Positions 37,409-46,285 of a stretch of DNA of 64,000 nt are shown in pieces. The DNA is from a virus. Taxonomy: Duplodnaviria > Caudoviricetes. Below the pieces are notes generated by a model. That model worked only from the letters and a program-made list of their open reading frames with translations. It ran no database searches and had not been told where the DNA came from. Position numbers and translations under genes: made by a program. The stretch's first letter is position 1. Each line of letters opens with the position of its first letter. The DNA lies in IMG/VR virus record IMGVR_UViG_3300024351_000013, one strand, 5' to 3'.

Positions 37409-38103
37409 AAAAACTTTTTCCAATCAATACAAGGTGATAATAAATCTGCTTGACAATGTGTAGAATAACCAGGAAGTGATGATATTAAAACTCTTCCTCT
37501 CTGTGCTAACTCCAGAAATTTTTGGTGGTCCGCAGAAGGTTCCACACCTGTAGAATATTTAGTGTGCGTGTAAAAGTCCTCTACAAGAGTTGAATACTTC
37601 ACAGCAAATGTATTGGTTGTTGAAGGAGTTGCCATCCAATGACAAGAATCTGTAAATAAAACTTTAGTTCGGAACTCTGCATAATACTCACCATACTTGT
37701 CTCTGTGGTCGTACAAGGTCGCATAAGAGATGGGAAGGGCGAATGCCTCTAACAGAACTTTATCCCACCCTGGTTGATGAATATAATCATCTTCCAAGAA
37801 GTAAATGATATCATCTTGAGAATGATTTTGTGTTTTAATATACTTCAAAGTTTCTATAAAGCTCTTTGCTTCTCCGCCGCAATTGATCGTATATATATTT
37901 TCTTCATTTGATAGGAAAGTATCTTCTATCTTTCCATAATGTTCGTCATAAATGATTGCGTATTTTGTTGTTTCTGGATTGAGAGTATTTTTGAAGTTTT
38001 GGAATACCTTTTCTTTGTCCCACCAAGAAGGTCTTTGTTTTCCAGGACTCTCTTGAATTTTGGAATAATAGCAATGTCTCAAATAAACATTAATTTTTGT
38101 CAT
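37405..38103 (-). CDS. GT-A fold glycosyltransferase-like protein
   Basis: IIYFLEDDYIH DxD-like motif; STTNTFA. Confidence 0.6.
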   Translation of the reverse strand: MTKINVYLRHCYYSKIQESPGKQRPSWWDKEKVFQNFKNTLNPETTKYAIIYDEHYGKIEDTFLSNEENIYTINCGGEAKSFIETLKYIKTQNHSQDDIIYFLEDDYIHQPGWDKVLLEAFALPISYATLYDHRDKYGEYYAEFRTKVLFTDSCHWMATPSTTNTFAVKYSTLVEDFYTHTKYSTGVEPSADHQKFLELAQRGRVLISSLPGYSTHCQADLLSPCIDWKKFL

Positions 38104-38105
38104 TT

Positions 38106-38786
38106 CTAAAAAGGATAATTGGGTGTTTGTATTGTTGTTTCTCCTGGTTCATCATATGCATAAAATCCATATTGAATAATCGTAAATAGATTAGCGTGCA
38201 TAAACTCATCGTTCATTGTAGTAATACCATCAACCAGAAGACGAGAAACCATTAACTTCGCAACAGCAGGGTCAATTGCATATGCATGTGCCCGACCTAT
38301 TTTACGAGTGAAAGTATCAGGTGATTGCATATGAATTGGAGTTGGTTGAACGGACATCCCATTATACTTCTGTTCCTTACAACCAAGATATGTGATTGCA
38401 TTATAAAAAGGATAGGGACCAAAAAATTTCTCTACCATTATAGCATCGTGCTCTAATATAACGATAGGTCTATCTATTGTGATACAATGAAACCACAAAC
38501 TAAAGTGAGATAAGCAACACCCAATTTGAGATGGTGTCATAAATTTATGATTGACCTTCAACCATTTCAAGTAATCTTTGTCTTGAAGATGTTTCGGTAT
38601 TACAATTTCTCCAGAAGAACCATCAAAACCTTCCCAAAGAGTATAAGGTTGCTCTACTGCAATACAACTCTCTATACATCTTTGAGTTAAGGTCTTTGAA
38701 GTTTCATTATTTGGTAGAGTAATAATATAAGTATTTTCTATAAAAGAATTCTCTGTTGGATAAAAACTTTCTAATGTTCGCTTCAT
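38106..38786 (-). CDS. GT25-like glycosyltransferase
   Basis: YIITL, FDG, QIGCCLSHFSLW, IVILEHDA, AHAYAI. Confidence 0.75.
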   Translation of the reverse strand: MKRTLESFYPTENSFIENTYIITLPNNETSKTLTQRCIESCIAVEQPYTLWEGFDGSSGEIVIPKHLQDKDYLKWLKVNHKFMTPSQIGCCLSHFSLWFHCITIDRPIVILEHDAIMVEKFFGPYPFYNAITYLGCKEQKYNGMSVQPTPIHMQSPDTFTRKIGRAHAYAIDPAVAKLMVSRLLVDGITTMNDEFMHANLFTIIQYGFYAYDEPGETTIQTPNYPF

Positions 38787-39382
38787 TCTAAATTGCCTGA
38801 TATTGAAATTCTATAATCATCACTTGTAGAAAATGGATAGACGCAATGAGATAAATGTGCTGGGAACAATACTATTCTACCACACCAATCCTCATTGACA
38901 TATAAGGTTTCTAAAGTAAGTTGTCCTAAAATATTTGGATAGATGAATTGGAAAGTTGATGCTGCTTTTGCTTTTGTATCTTTTACATGAGCCGCATTCA
39001 ACTCTTCTTCTACTTTGTATGGAATTTTTAACCAGCAAACAAAACTAAAAGTGCTGCTGTGATGGTGAATTGGATTAAACTCATTCTTCTTTTGAAAATT
39101 GACCCACAGATGAGTGAGTTTAAAGTCACTTGGTTTTTTGTAGAAATTCCAATAGTCTGTATATGACTTACACATTTCATTGAGATATGGTTGCAAAACT
39201 AACATAGACTTTTGCAACTCATATTGATTTTCTATATTTCCTGCAAGACCATTATTGTAATTTGAATGAGAATGAAAATCAGAAGAGATTTCATTTACTT
39301 CATTCATTACTTGATTATAAAGTTCTTCTGGAAGAACACCAGATGTGACACCGGGATTTGGTAATGATATATGACTAAACAT
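38783..39382 (-). CDS. 2OG-Fe(II) oxygenase (cyanophage-type)
   Basis: WVNFQKKNEFNPIHHH, LFPAHLSHCVYPF, RISISGN. Confidence 0.85.
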   Translation of the reverse strand: MFSHISLPNPGVTSGVLPEELYNQVMNEVNEISSDFHSHSNYNNGLAGNIENQYELQKSMLVLQPYLNEMCKSYTDYWNFYKKPSDFKLTHLWVNFQKKNEFNPIHHHSSTFSFVCWLKIPYKVEEELNAAHVKDTKAKAASTFQFIYPNILGQLTLETLYVNEDWCGRIVLFPAHLSHCVYPFSTSDDYRISISGNLE

Positions 39383-40178
39383 AGGTTTTTAATTTCTCCA
39401 AATCATATTCATTCCACCAAGACTTCCAATCAATAAAGAAGTCTCTATCATATTCTCCTTGCATATGTAGTGCTAAAGAAGGAATTGGAGTAAAGCAGAA
39501 ATGTCCTCTTTCATAATAAACCCTACAAATACTATCCATTTCCATCGTTTCACTTACCTCACTTGTTCCCATTTTGTGGAACAAGTCCCAGTGCTTTCTA
39601 ATAATATCAACATGAGTCATTAAAGTCACTGCTACATGAAAATTAGTTCTCCAATATCTATCTTTTGATACTACAAGATGACAAGGAACTGCAGTGTTTT
39701 CTGCTTCGTGATACTCTGCTGGCTTATTGAATGGAAAGATACTTGCAGGAGAACCTAGATTACAACTAAACTGATTAATTGCATGTATCATCAGTTCAAC
39801 AGAGTCTTGTTGATGAAGAAAATCATCTTGAACATAATAGACCCAATCTTTTCCATAATCTCTTCCATGTTCGTAGCACCTCAAAATAGATGGCATAATA
39901 CCATAAGTCTCAAGATGGGTTAGATTAACTTTGAACTTTGCAATGCTGATAAGTTTTTCTAAAATATCTAAAAATTCTTTGTCCGAGTGGTCATCAAAGA
40001 TTTGAAGTTCTATTTCATAATCTGGATAATGTTCTTGTGCGTAATTGAGACTATCAATCAAAGAAAAGATACACCTTGAAGAAACTTCGATCTTTGGTGC
40101 TTCACAATATCTTCCAGAATCTTTATCTCGGTTTCCTTTTGAATGAGTCTGGACGACAACTAACAAATGAGTTTTCAT
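39375..40178 (-). CDS. GT-A fold glycosyltransferase-like protein
   Basis: IFDDHS, WVYYVQDDFLH, PIPSLALH. Confidence 0.6.
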   Translation of the reverse strand: MKTHLLVVVQTHSKGNRDKDSGRYCEAPKIEVSSRCIFSLIDSLNYAQEHYPDYEIELQIFDDHSDKEFLDILEKLISIAKFKVNLTHLETYGIMPSILRCYEHGRDYGKDWVYYVQDDFLHQQDSVELMIHAINQFSCNLGSPASIFPFNKPAEYHEAENTAVPCHLVVSKDRYWRTNFHVAVTLMTHVDIIRKHWDLFHKMGTSEVSETMEMDSICRVYYERGHFCFTPIPSLALHMQGEYDRDFFIDWKSWWNEYDLEKLKTYV

Positions 40179-40957
40179 ATATCAAACTTGGAATAAAGTT
40201 TTATATTCTCTTCTCCTATTACTTCAATAGGATTTTGTGAAATTTTGGCAAGATTTGGACGAATATCATGAAGCCCTCTAAGTCCCCATTCTTCGTCCTT
40301 TTGTTCTCCACAAGCATTTTCAATGTTATTGAAAGTATTTGTATGAGATGGAACTTCTAAAAACTCATAGATTTTACTCAGTTCTTCTTCTGGATTATTG
40401 ACTAGAGCATTATATTCAACTAAATGAACCCAATCTGGATATTTGTTGAGTCCATAAACCATACTCTCATAAGAAGGAGCAACATAATATCTCCAAATAT
40501 ATTCTGCACGATTATTATTTGTAATTGGTAGATTATCATTCCTTAAATGATTATCAATGAAATTATCATAGTGCTTTGACCTTTCTATGAGTGAAATATA
40601 AGATGTAAGAACTTCTGGAATAGAACGATAAGTTGCTACAATTTTTGGTTTGTTGGAAAGAAACATTTGAACGGTATCAAGATTCTTTCCCCAAAACCGA
40701 TGCTTATCTAGAATTGTTGATTTTGGAATGTGATTATAAAAGTTTGCAAGAACTGCCTTATAGACATTATACGAAATTGCCTTGCGGTCAAAGGTAAATT
40801 GGATATCTAAAGTATTAAATGATTTCTCAATATCAGTTACTACATCACCTAATGGAGATGTTGGTGATACATAAATGTCTGGATGTTGATTGAGAAGTGA
40901 CCCAAGTAATGTAGAACCACTTCTTGGAAGTCCTCCAAGAAAATATAATGTCTTCAT
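40175..40957 (-). CDS. PAPS-dependent sulfotransferase
   Basis: GLPRSGSTLL 5'-PSB loop, NQHPD, DKHR, RSIPEVLTS, VEYNALVNNPE. Confidence 0.85.
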   Translation of the reverse strand: MKTLYFLGGLPRSGSTLLGSLLNQHPDIYVSPTSPLGDVVTDIEKSFNTLDIQFTFDRKAISYNVYKAVLANFYNHIPKSTILDKHRFWGKNLDTVQMFLSNKPKIVATYRSIPEVLTSYISLIERSKHYDNFIDNHLRNDNLPITNNNRAEYIWRYYVAPSYESMVYGLNKYPDWVHLVEYNALVNNPEEELSKIYEFLEVPSHTNTFNNIENACGEQKDEEWGLRGLHDIRPNLAKISQNPIEVIGEENIKLYSKFDI

Positions 40958-40981
40958 AGTTTATTTCTTTCTTATTATGTA

Positions 40982-42661
40982 TTATATCACAGGATCGATG
41001 TATGTGAGTGCTACCGAAAACCTATCTCCACTAGAAACTTGTTTCCAGTTGGTTCCTCCTGCGAATGTAGTGATTGGAGTTGATTTACTAGTACCAGAAC
41101 CATTGATTCCCTGTTGTCCATTAGAATTATCACCCCAAGTCCATAAAGTTCCATCGGTCTTGATTGCTATTGTAATACGACATATATTAGAACCACTACA
41201 ACCAACTTGTTTCCAGTTGGTTCCTCCTGCGAATGTAGTGACTGGAGTAGATGCATCGTTTCCAGCACCAGATCTAGTGATTCCTAGTTGTCCCTCATAA
41301 TTACGACCCCAAGTCCATAAAGTTCCATCAGTTTTGATTGCTGCTGTATGATAACCACCACCAGAAACTTGTTTCCAGTTGGTTCCTCCTGCGAATGTAG
41401 TGATCGGAGTGGATACATTAGTATTTGAATTGTTTCCTAATTGTGCAGAAGTATTATAACCCCAAGTCCAAAGAGTTCCATCAGTTTTAATTGCTGTAGA
41501 AAAACTACCTCCATTACTTATTTGACTCCAATTAGTCCCTCCAGCAAATGTTGTGACTGGAGTTGATCTATTACCAGTAGCATTAATTCCAAGTCTTCCA
41601 AAAGATCCATCACCCCAAACCCATAAAGTTCCATCAGTTTTGATTGCCGCTATATGGCCTCTTCCGGCAGTAACTTGTTTCCAGTTGGTTCCTCCTGTGA
41701 ATGTAGTGACTGGAGTTGATTTATTATCTGTTGCAGCGTTTCCCATTTGTCCGACAAAACCACGACCCCAAGACCATAAAGTTCCATCAGTTTTAATTGC
41801 TACAGTAGAACGATAACCTCCAGCATTAACTTGTTTCCAGTTGTTTCCTCCTGCGAATGTAGTGACTGGAGTTAATTTATTGGTTGTTGTACTGTCTCCT
41901 AGTTGTCCAGTATTATTACTACCCCAAAGCCATAAAGTTCCATCCGTTTTAATTGCTGCAGTATGAGTGTCTCCACAAGAAAGTTGTTTCCAATTGGTTC
42001 CACCAGCAAATGTTGTGATTGGAGTGAGTTTACCAGTTGTTGTATTGTCTCCTAGTCGTCCATCAGAATTAGTGCCCCAAGTCCATAAGTTTCCTTCACG
42101 AAACAAATCAGCAGGAACAAAAACATTATCAAAACTATAAGTCAATCCATCATTACCTGTTACTATACTTCCATAGGTTGGAACATAAACACCAGCAGAA
42201 GATTTTCTTTCTATTTGAACTCCCCAAAAATCAAGAACAAGATTTGTATTGTTATCAGAATATAAGTCAATAAAACTTTTTGCGGTTGCTGTTGGAACTC
42301 CACTTGTAGTTACTCTTACCCACTGATTAGTAATTAATTGTGATGAGTAATCAACTGAAGGACTTCCATCTGCTAAATCAGTAAATGCACTACCAGTTCC
42401 ACTAATTCTCCTTACAAAAAAACTTGTCGTATAAGTATCAGTTCCGTTGGGAGTGAATGAAGGAAAATTAACTCTTAATAATGCATTAGTTGTATTATTG
42501 CATGTAAATCTAATTGCTGTATTTGTTCCATCAGGTGCAGTTATTCCTGTAGTTATTGTTGCACCTGCGGGAAAATTATTAATCCACGTAACAGTCCCTT
42601 CATAAGTGGAATATGCCACTAAATTTTCTCTATTGTTGATAAAATTATAAAATACTGGCAT
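40982..42661 (-). CDS. RCC1/BLIP-II seven-bladed propeller with an N-terminal carbohydrate-binding-like insert
   Basis: Seven repeats of GTLWxWG...GQLG...STPVTTFAGGTNWKQV...HTAAIKTD. Confidence 0.9.
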   Translation of the reverse strand: MPVFYNFINNRENLVAYSTYEGTVTWINNFPAGATITTGITAPDGTNTAIRFTCNNTTNALLRVNFPSFTPNGTDTYTTSFFVRRISGTGSAFTDLADGSPSVDYSSQLITNQWVRVTTSGVPTATAKSFIDLYSDNNTNLVLDFWGVQIERKSSAGVYVPTYGSIVTGNDGLTYSFDNVFVPADLFREGNLWTWGTNSDGRLGDNTTTGKLTPITTFAGGTNWKQLSCGDTHTAAIKTDGTLWLWGSNNTGQLGDSTTTNKLTPVTTFAGGNNWKQVNAGGYRSTVAIKTDGTLWSWGRGFVGQMGNAATDNKSTPVTTFTGGTNWKQVTAGRGHIAAIKTDGTLWVWGDGSFGRLGINATGNRSTPVTTFAGGTNWSQISNGGSFSTAIKTDGTLWTWGYNTSAQLGNNSNTNVSTPITTFAGGTNWKQVSGGGYHTAAIKTDGTLWTWGRNYEGQLGITRSGAGNDASTPVTTFAGGTNWKQVGCSGSNICRITIAIKTDGTLWTWGDNSNGQQGINGSGTSKSTPITTFAGGTNWKQVSSGDRFSVALTYIDPVI

Positions 42662-42666
42662 TTCTT

Positions 42667-43032
42667 TTATTTTGGAGGAATCTCTACAAAAACAACTGGA
42701 GTATTCATTTTTTCACTCCAGTTTTGAAGATATTGTTTAACTTCAGAATTCATTTCTTTATTATTTATTGGAAGAACTTTTAGATATTGACCATCTCCAC
42801 TTCCCTCAACAGAGACCAGAACATCACACTTATCAGGTCGCATTTCTTCTGGTAGTAAATGCTGCGTCCAAGCACATTGATAGTCTCTACAAGATTCTGG
42901 TCGTGCCTTATGAACTCCACAACCATTACATTCCAGATACTTACAAGACTTTCCTGCACCAAACTCCCAAGCAAAAGCATCACCAATCAACCAAGTACAA
43001 CAAGCAGTACATTCTCCACATTCACGAAACAT
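42667..43032 (-). CDS. Cys-cluster protein (YkgJ/FliB-like, zinc or Fe-S)
   Basis: CGECTACC...C..L...GC.VH..RPESCRDYQCAW. Start placed at ATG 43032. Confidence 0.7.
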   Translation of the reverse strand: MFRECGECTACCTWLIGDAFAWEFGAGKSCKYLECNGCGVHKARPESCRDYQCAWTQHLLPEEMRPDKCDVLVSVEGSGDGQYLKVLPINNKEMNSEVKQYLQNWSEKMNTPVVFVEIPPK

Positions 43033-43678
43033 AATCATCCTCCTTATAATAGTAAGTATATGAATCAAAAATTCCCGGTTGGTATATTGTTTTTGGATTT
43101 GAATTTGGATTACTTCCAATCCAAAGTTCTCTATCTATACGATAATCACTATAAAGAAACTTATGGTCTAGTGTTTGGATATGTTTGGCATTGGACCACC
43201 AAAAATTTCCAGTAAAATTATAAGTTCCTTCTAATGGTTTGGTGGTTGTACCATCAGACCATAAAGTTTCTCCCACAGAATTTAGATTTGAACCAACACA
43301 ATCATATTCATCCAACATTTCCACACACTCTTTCCACCTATCAATTACAAAATACTCCATCATCAATCTCCAAGCATTTGCAATCAAAGTTCCTTTGCTT
43401 GCTCCCTTAGTGTGAAAATACAAAATTTTATAATCCGGATTTTCATGCGCAAAATCTTTTAATGCAATCATCGTTTCCGTTTCTTCTGTCCAATTTTTAT
43501 TGTAAACGACTTTTGCTTTTGTTGGTATATAAAACATTTCTTGGCTGCCATTTACTCCAATATGAAAATGATCTATTTTATTCATTAGACCAGATACAAA
43601 TAATCGATTAATCTGTTGTTGGTAGATAAATGCGGAAATTTCATTTTGAAATGTATGATAAAAAACTGCTAACTTCAT
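43022..43678 (-). CDS. Hypothetical protein, putative glycosyltransferase-like
   Basis: ILYFHTKG, YDCVG, FTGNFWWS, ELWIG motifs. Confidence 0.55.
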   Translation of the reverse strand: MKLAVFYHTFQNEISAFIYQQQINRLFVSGLMNKIDHFHIGVNGSQEMFYIPTKAKVVYNKNWTEETETMIALKDFAHENPDYKILYFHTKGASKGTLIANAWRLMMEYFVIDRWKECVEMLDEYDCVGSNLNSVGETLWSDGTTTKPLEGTYNFTGNFWWSNAKHIQTLDHKFLYSDYRIDRELWIGSNPNSNPKTIYQPGIFDSYTYYYKEDDYVS

Positions 43679-44463
43679 GTATGATACACCCCACCATTTT
43701 CGCCAGACATCCCCTTTACCATTGTAAGACCAAGATTTGGAACACTAATGATATTGTTCTTGTTTATAAATCGATAAAGTGAATGTTCTACATCAGTTCC
43801 AGAAGTAAATTGTATCATTTTTTCCATATAAGTAAATGCCCCTTCAAGAGCCTCAACCGCTTCATTAAATAAAACTCTATCAAAAGACCAAAGACCAGTA
43901 TTCATCATACCTTTTGCACCATATAAGTATGCATAGACATTTTCAAGATTACTTTCATTGAAACTTTCACCTTCTTCCAAAAGATAATCGTATTTTTTTA
44001 CAATATATTTTCCTTCCAGAAACTTACTTTCATAATCTTTAATATCAAAATGATCATTCAATAAGTATCTACCAGTAAGTTTAAAAACTCTTTGACTATC
44101 AGTGAATAGATTGTGCTGTTTAATTTCATAAAGAGTATTGAGTAATCCTCTTGTTTCCAACAATGATTTGCCATAAGTAATCAATTCTGGTCTTTCTTCA
44201 AGATTTTCATAAATTTGCTTTAGTACTGGTTCATCATAAAACTCTAAAAACAAATCTGATTTTTCTTTAAGAATATCTTTTTGTTTCTCATCAATAGGTT
44301 TAGAAGAACACTCAAATAAAACCACATAAGACTCTGAAACTTTCTTACGAATACATTCAATCGTTTCTAATGTTTGATTGAATCTCTGTTCTTCATTATA
44401 AGCACTAAACTCATCCTCTTTAAAATGTTTGAGTGCTGAACCGACTAAAAATAAAAATTTCAT
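43675..44463 (-). CDS. Hypothetical protein, putative glycosyltransferase-like
   Basis: QRFNQTLETI..IRKK, GKSLLE, VFKLTGRYLL, DVEHSLY motifs. Confidence 0.5.
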   Translation of the reverse strand: MKFLFLVGSALKHFKEDEFSAYNEEQRFNQTLETIECIRKKVSESYVVLFECSSKPIDEKQKDILKEKSDLFLEFYDEPVLKQIYENLEERPELITYGKSLLETRGLLNTLYEIKQHNLFTDSQRVFKLTGRYLLNDHFDIKDYESKFLEGKYIVKKYDYLLEEGESFNESNLENVYAYLYGAKGMMNTGLWSFDRVLFNEAVEALEGAFTYMEKMIQFTSGTDVEHSLYRFINKNNIISVPNLGLTMVKGMSGENGGVYHT

Positions 44464-44918
44464 AAGTAATCTGTATTAAAACTAATAATAATTCTTTCTT
44501 CTGTTTCTTCTTCCGTATAATGAACTAAATCACTTGAGAAGATAACCAACAATCCAGGATAAGGTTTAATTGATGTATCTGGAAAAATGAGTGGAGTGCT
44601 TCCAGAAATATAAAATGCTCCACTTATAATACTTTCTCCATGATTATGTGCTTTGAGTTTATTTCCTGGTTGTGAGATATTGAACCAACTATTGATAAAC
44701 TTTAGAGGTGAAATCTCATACTTATTACAATACAGTCTAACATATTGCTTAAGAACATTTCTTAATCCAGTCAGTTCTGAATACATTAAAGTAGGCATTC
44801 CATGATTATAAGTAGAAACACCTTTTGTTATAAGTCCGTGAGAAGCAGTTTCTATTTCAAGAAGTTTGCTCTTGATGGTATTTAGATTTAAAAAAGAAAG
44901 ATTATATTCCTCTATCAT
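44460..44918 (-). CDS. 2OG-Fe(II) oxygenase (cyanophage-type)
   Basis: SWFN...HNH...SGAFYI, LVIFSSDLVH, RIIISFN. Confidence 0.8.
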   Translation of the reverse strand: MIEEYNLSFLNLNTIKSKLLEIETASHGLITKGVSTYNHGMPTLMYSELTGLRNVLKQYVRLYCNKYEISPLKFINSWFNISQPGNKLKAHNHGESIISGAFYISGSTPLIFPDTSIKPYPGLLVIFSSDLVHYTEEETEERIIISFNTDYL

Positions 44919-46251
44919 TCAAAAACTCTCCTAGTTGCTTCAGTGGTTCATCCCAGTTTCTTGGTTTCTTTTGTCGGAACAGATGAATATTATCTCCATA
45001 CCACATACACTTTCCTGTAGAGGAAGTCCAAACATAATATTCCATAATAGGAACAAAGACACAGACTTCTTTACCCATTGATGCTGCTACATGTGCCACA
45101 AAACTACAAGAAGTCACTACCAAATCAAGGTTCTTGATGATTGAGAATGTGTCGGCATATTCTCTATTAGGAACTGATAGTGATTGTTTGATTTCGGGAT
45201 ACTCATTGGCATCCTTATTATCACTGTGAGTTTGAAGTGAATAAAGTGAGTATCCTTTGTTTCCAAGAACACTCATATAGTCTTTGAGTTCTACTGAACG
45301 GAAAGTGTTCTGCTCGAACCCAGAACTAGAAGCCCAGAACATTCCAACCTTATATCCAGTGTCTTCTTTTATCCACTCCCATTTCTTATCGTATTCTGGG
45401 AGTGTTTGGAGATAAGGTTCTCTTCCCATATCTTTGAGTTGCAGATTGAGATAATATGGAAGTGCCAGACCATAAACCCAGAAAGCATCTTTAGGAAACT
45501 CTGGTTTATCCCAAATACAAACAGCATCATATCCATTATGTTTGAAGAGTTCTACAAGTTCTCTGCGAGTAGAACTCCAAATTGGTTTCATTCCCAAGTC
45601 TTTGAGGTGTTTCATAAACCGAATATGAATGACTTCATCACCGGCGCCACATTGATTATCTACAATGATCGTTCTTCCTGGCGTCACTGTTCCATCCCAT
45701 TTTTCAAAATCGGGATGTTTTTGATTCTTATATGCTTCTACTTCCCCTGCTTTGAGAAAGTGTTGAAGTCCCGTATGAATATCATCCTTACGGAAATAAT
45801 GTCCTGATAGATTATGATATGCTTTTCTTTCAATCTCTTCTGGTAGTTTATATTTGAGAAGATTGAAGAGTAGTTTTTCTGACTTCTCTTTTTGATTGAG
45901 TGCAGAATACGCGAAGGTTTCCTCAAGAAGCAATTCAGTATCTTGCGGATTTATCTTCTTGCACTTATCAATTTGGGTAATAGATTTCTCTGGATGATTT
46001 GATTGATTATATGCATTAATCAAATTCATAGAGGTCGTATATTTTTCTTCTTTTGTTTGTGCTAATTTGAGAGACTTTTCTCCATACTCAATTGCCTTGG
46101 AGAAGTTCTTAAGTTCAAAAAATATTTTTGCTACATCATTATATTGAGAAAAAACTTGTGCTTGTTTTCCAAAGGCATCAAGTAATTCGAATGTTAGTTG
46201 CTGTTCTTTAAATGAATATAATGTCTTTGCTACCAATTCAAGTGGGTTCAT
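44902..46251 (-). CDS. TPR protein fused to a GT-B (GT9-like) glycosyltransferase domain
   Basis: N-terminal TPR helices; QCGAGDEVIHIRF, DLVVTSCSFVAHVAASMGKEV, WYGDNIHLFRQ. Late promoter motif CTAAATA at 46274-46280. Confidence 0.8.
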   Translation of the reverse strand: MNPLELVAKTLYSFKEQQLTFELLDAFGKQAQVFSQYNDVAKIFFELKNFSKAIEYGEKSLKLAQTKEEKYTTSMNLINAYNQSNHPEKSITQIDKCKKINPQDTELLLEETFAYSALNQKEKSEKLLFNLLKYKLPEEIERKAYHNLSGHYFRKDDIHTGLQHFLKAGEVEAYKNQKHPDFEKWDGTVTPGRTIIVDNQCGAGDEVIHIRFMKHLKDLGMKPIWSSTRRELVELFKHNGYDAVCIWDKPEFPKDAFWVYGLALPYYLNLQLKDMGREPYLQTLPEYDKKWEWIKEDTGYKVGMFWASSSGFEQNTFRSVELKDYMSVLGNKGYSLYSLQTHSDNKDANEYPEIKQSLSVPNREYADTFSIIKNLDLVVTSCSFVAHVAASMGKEVCVFVPIMEYYVWTSSTGKCMWYGDNIHLFRQKKPRNWDEPLKQLGEFLNDRGI

Positions 46252-46285
46252 ATTGAATAATTTATTTTGTAGGTATTTAGATACC

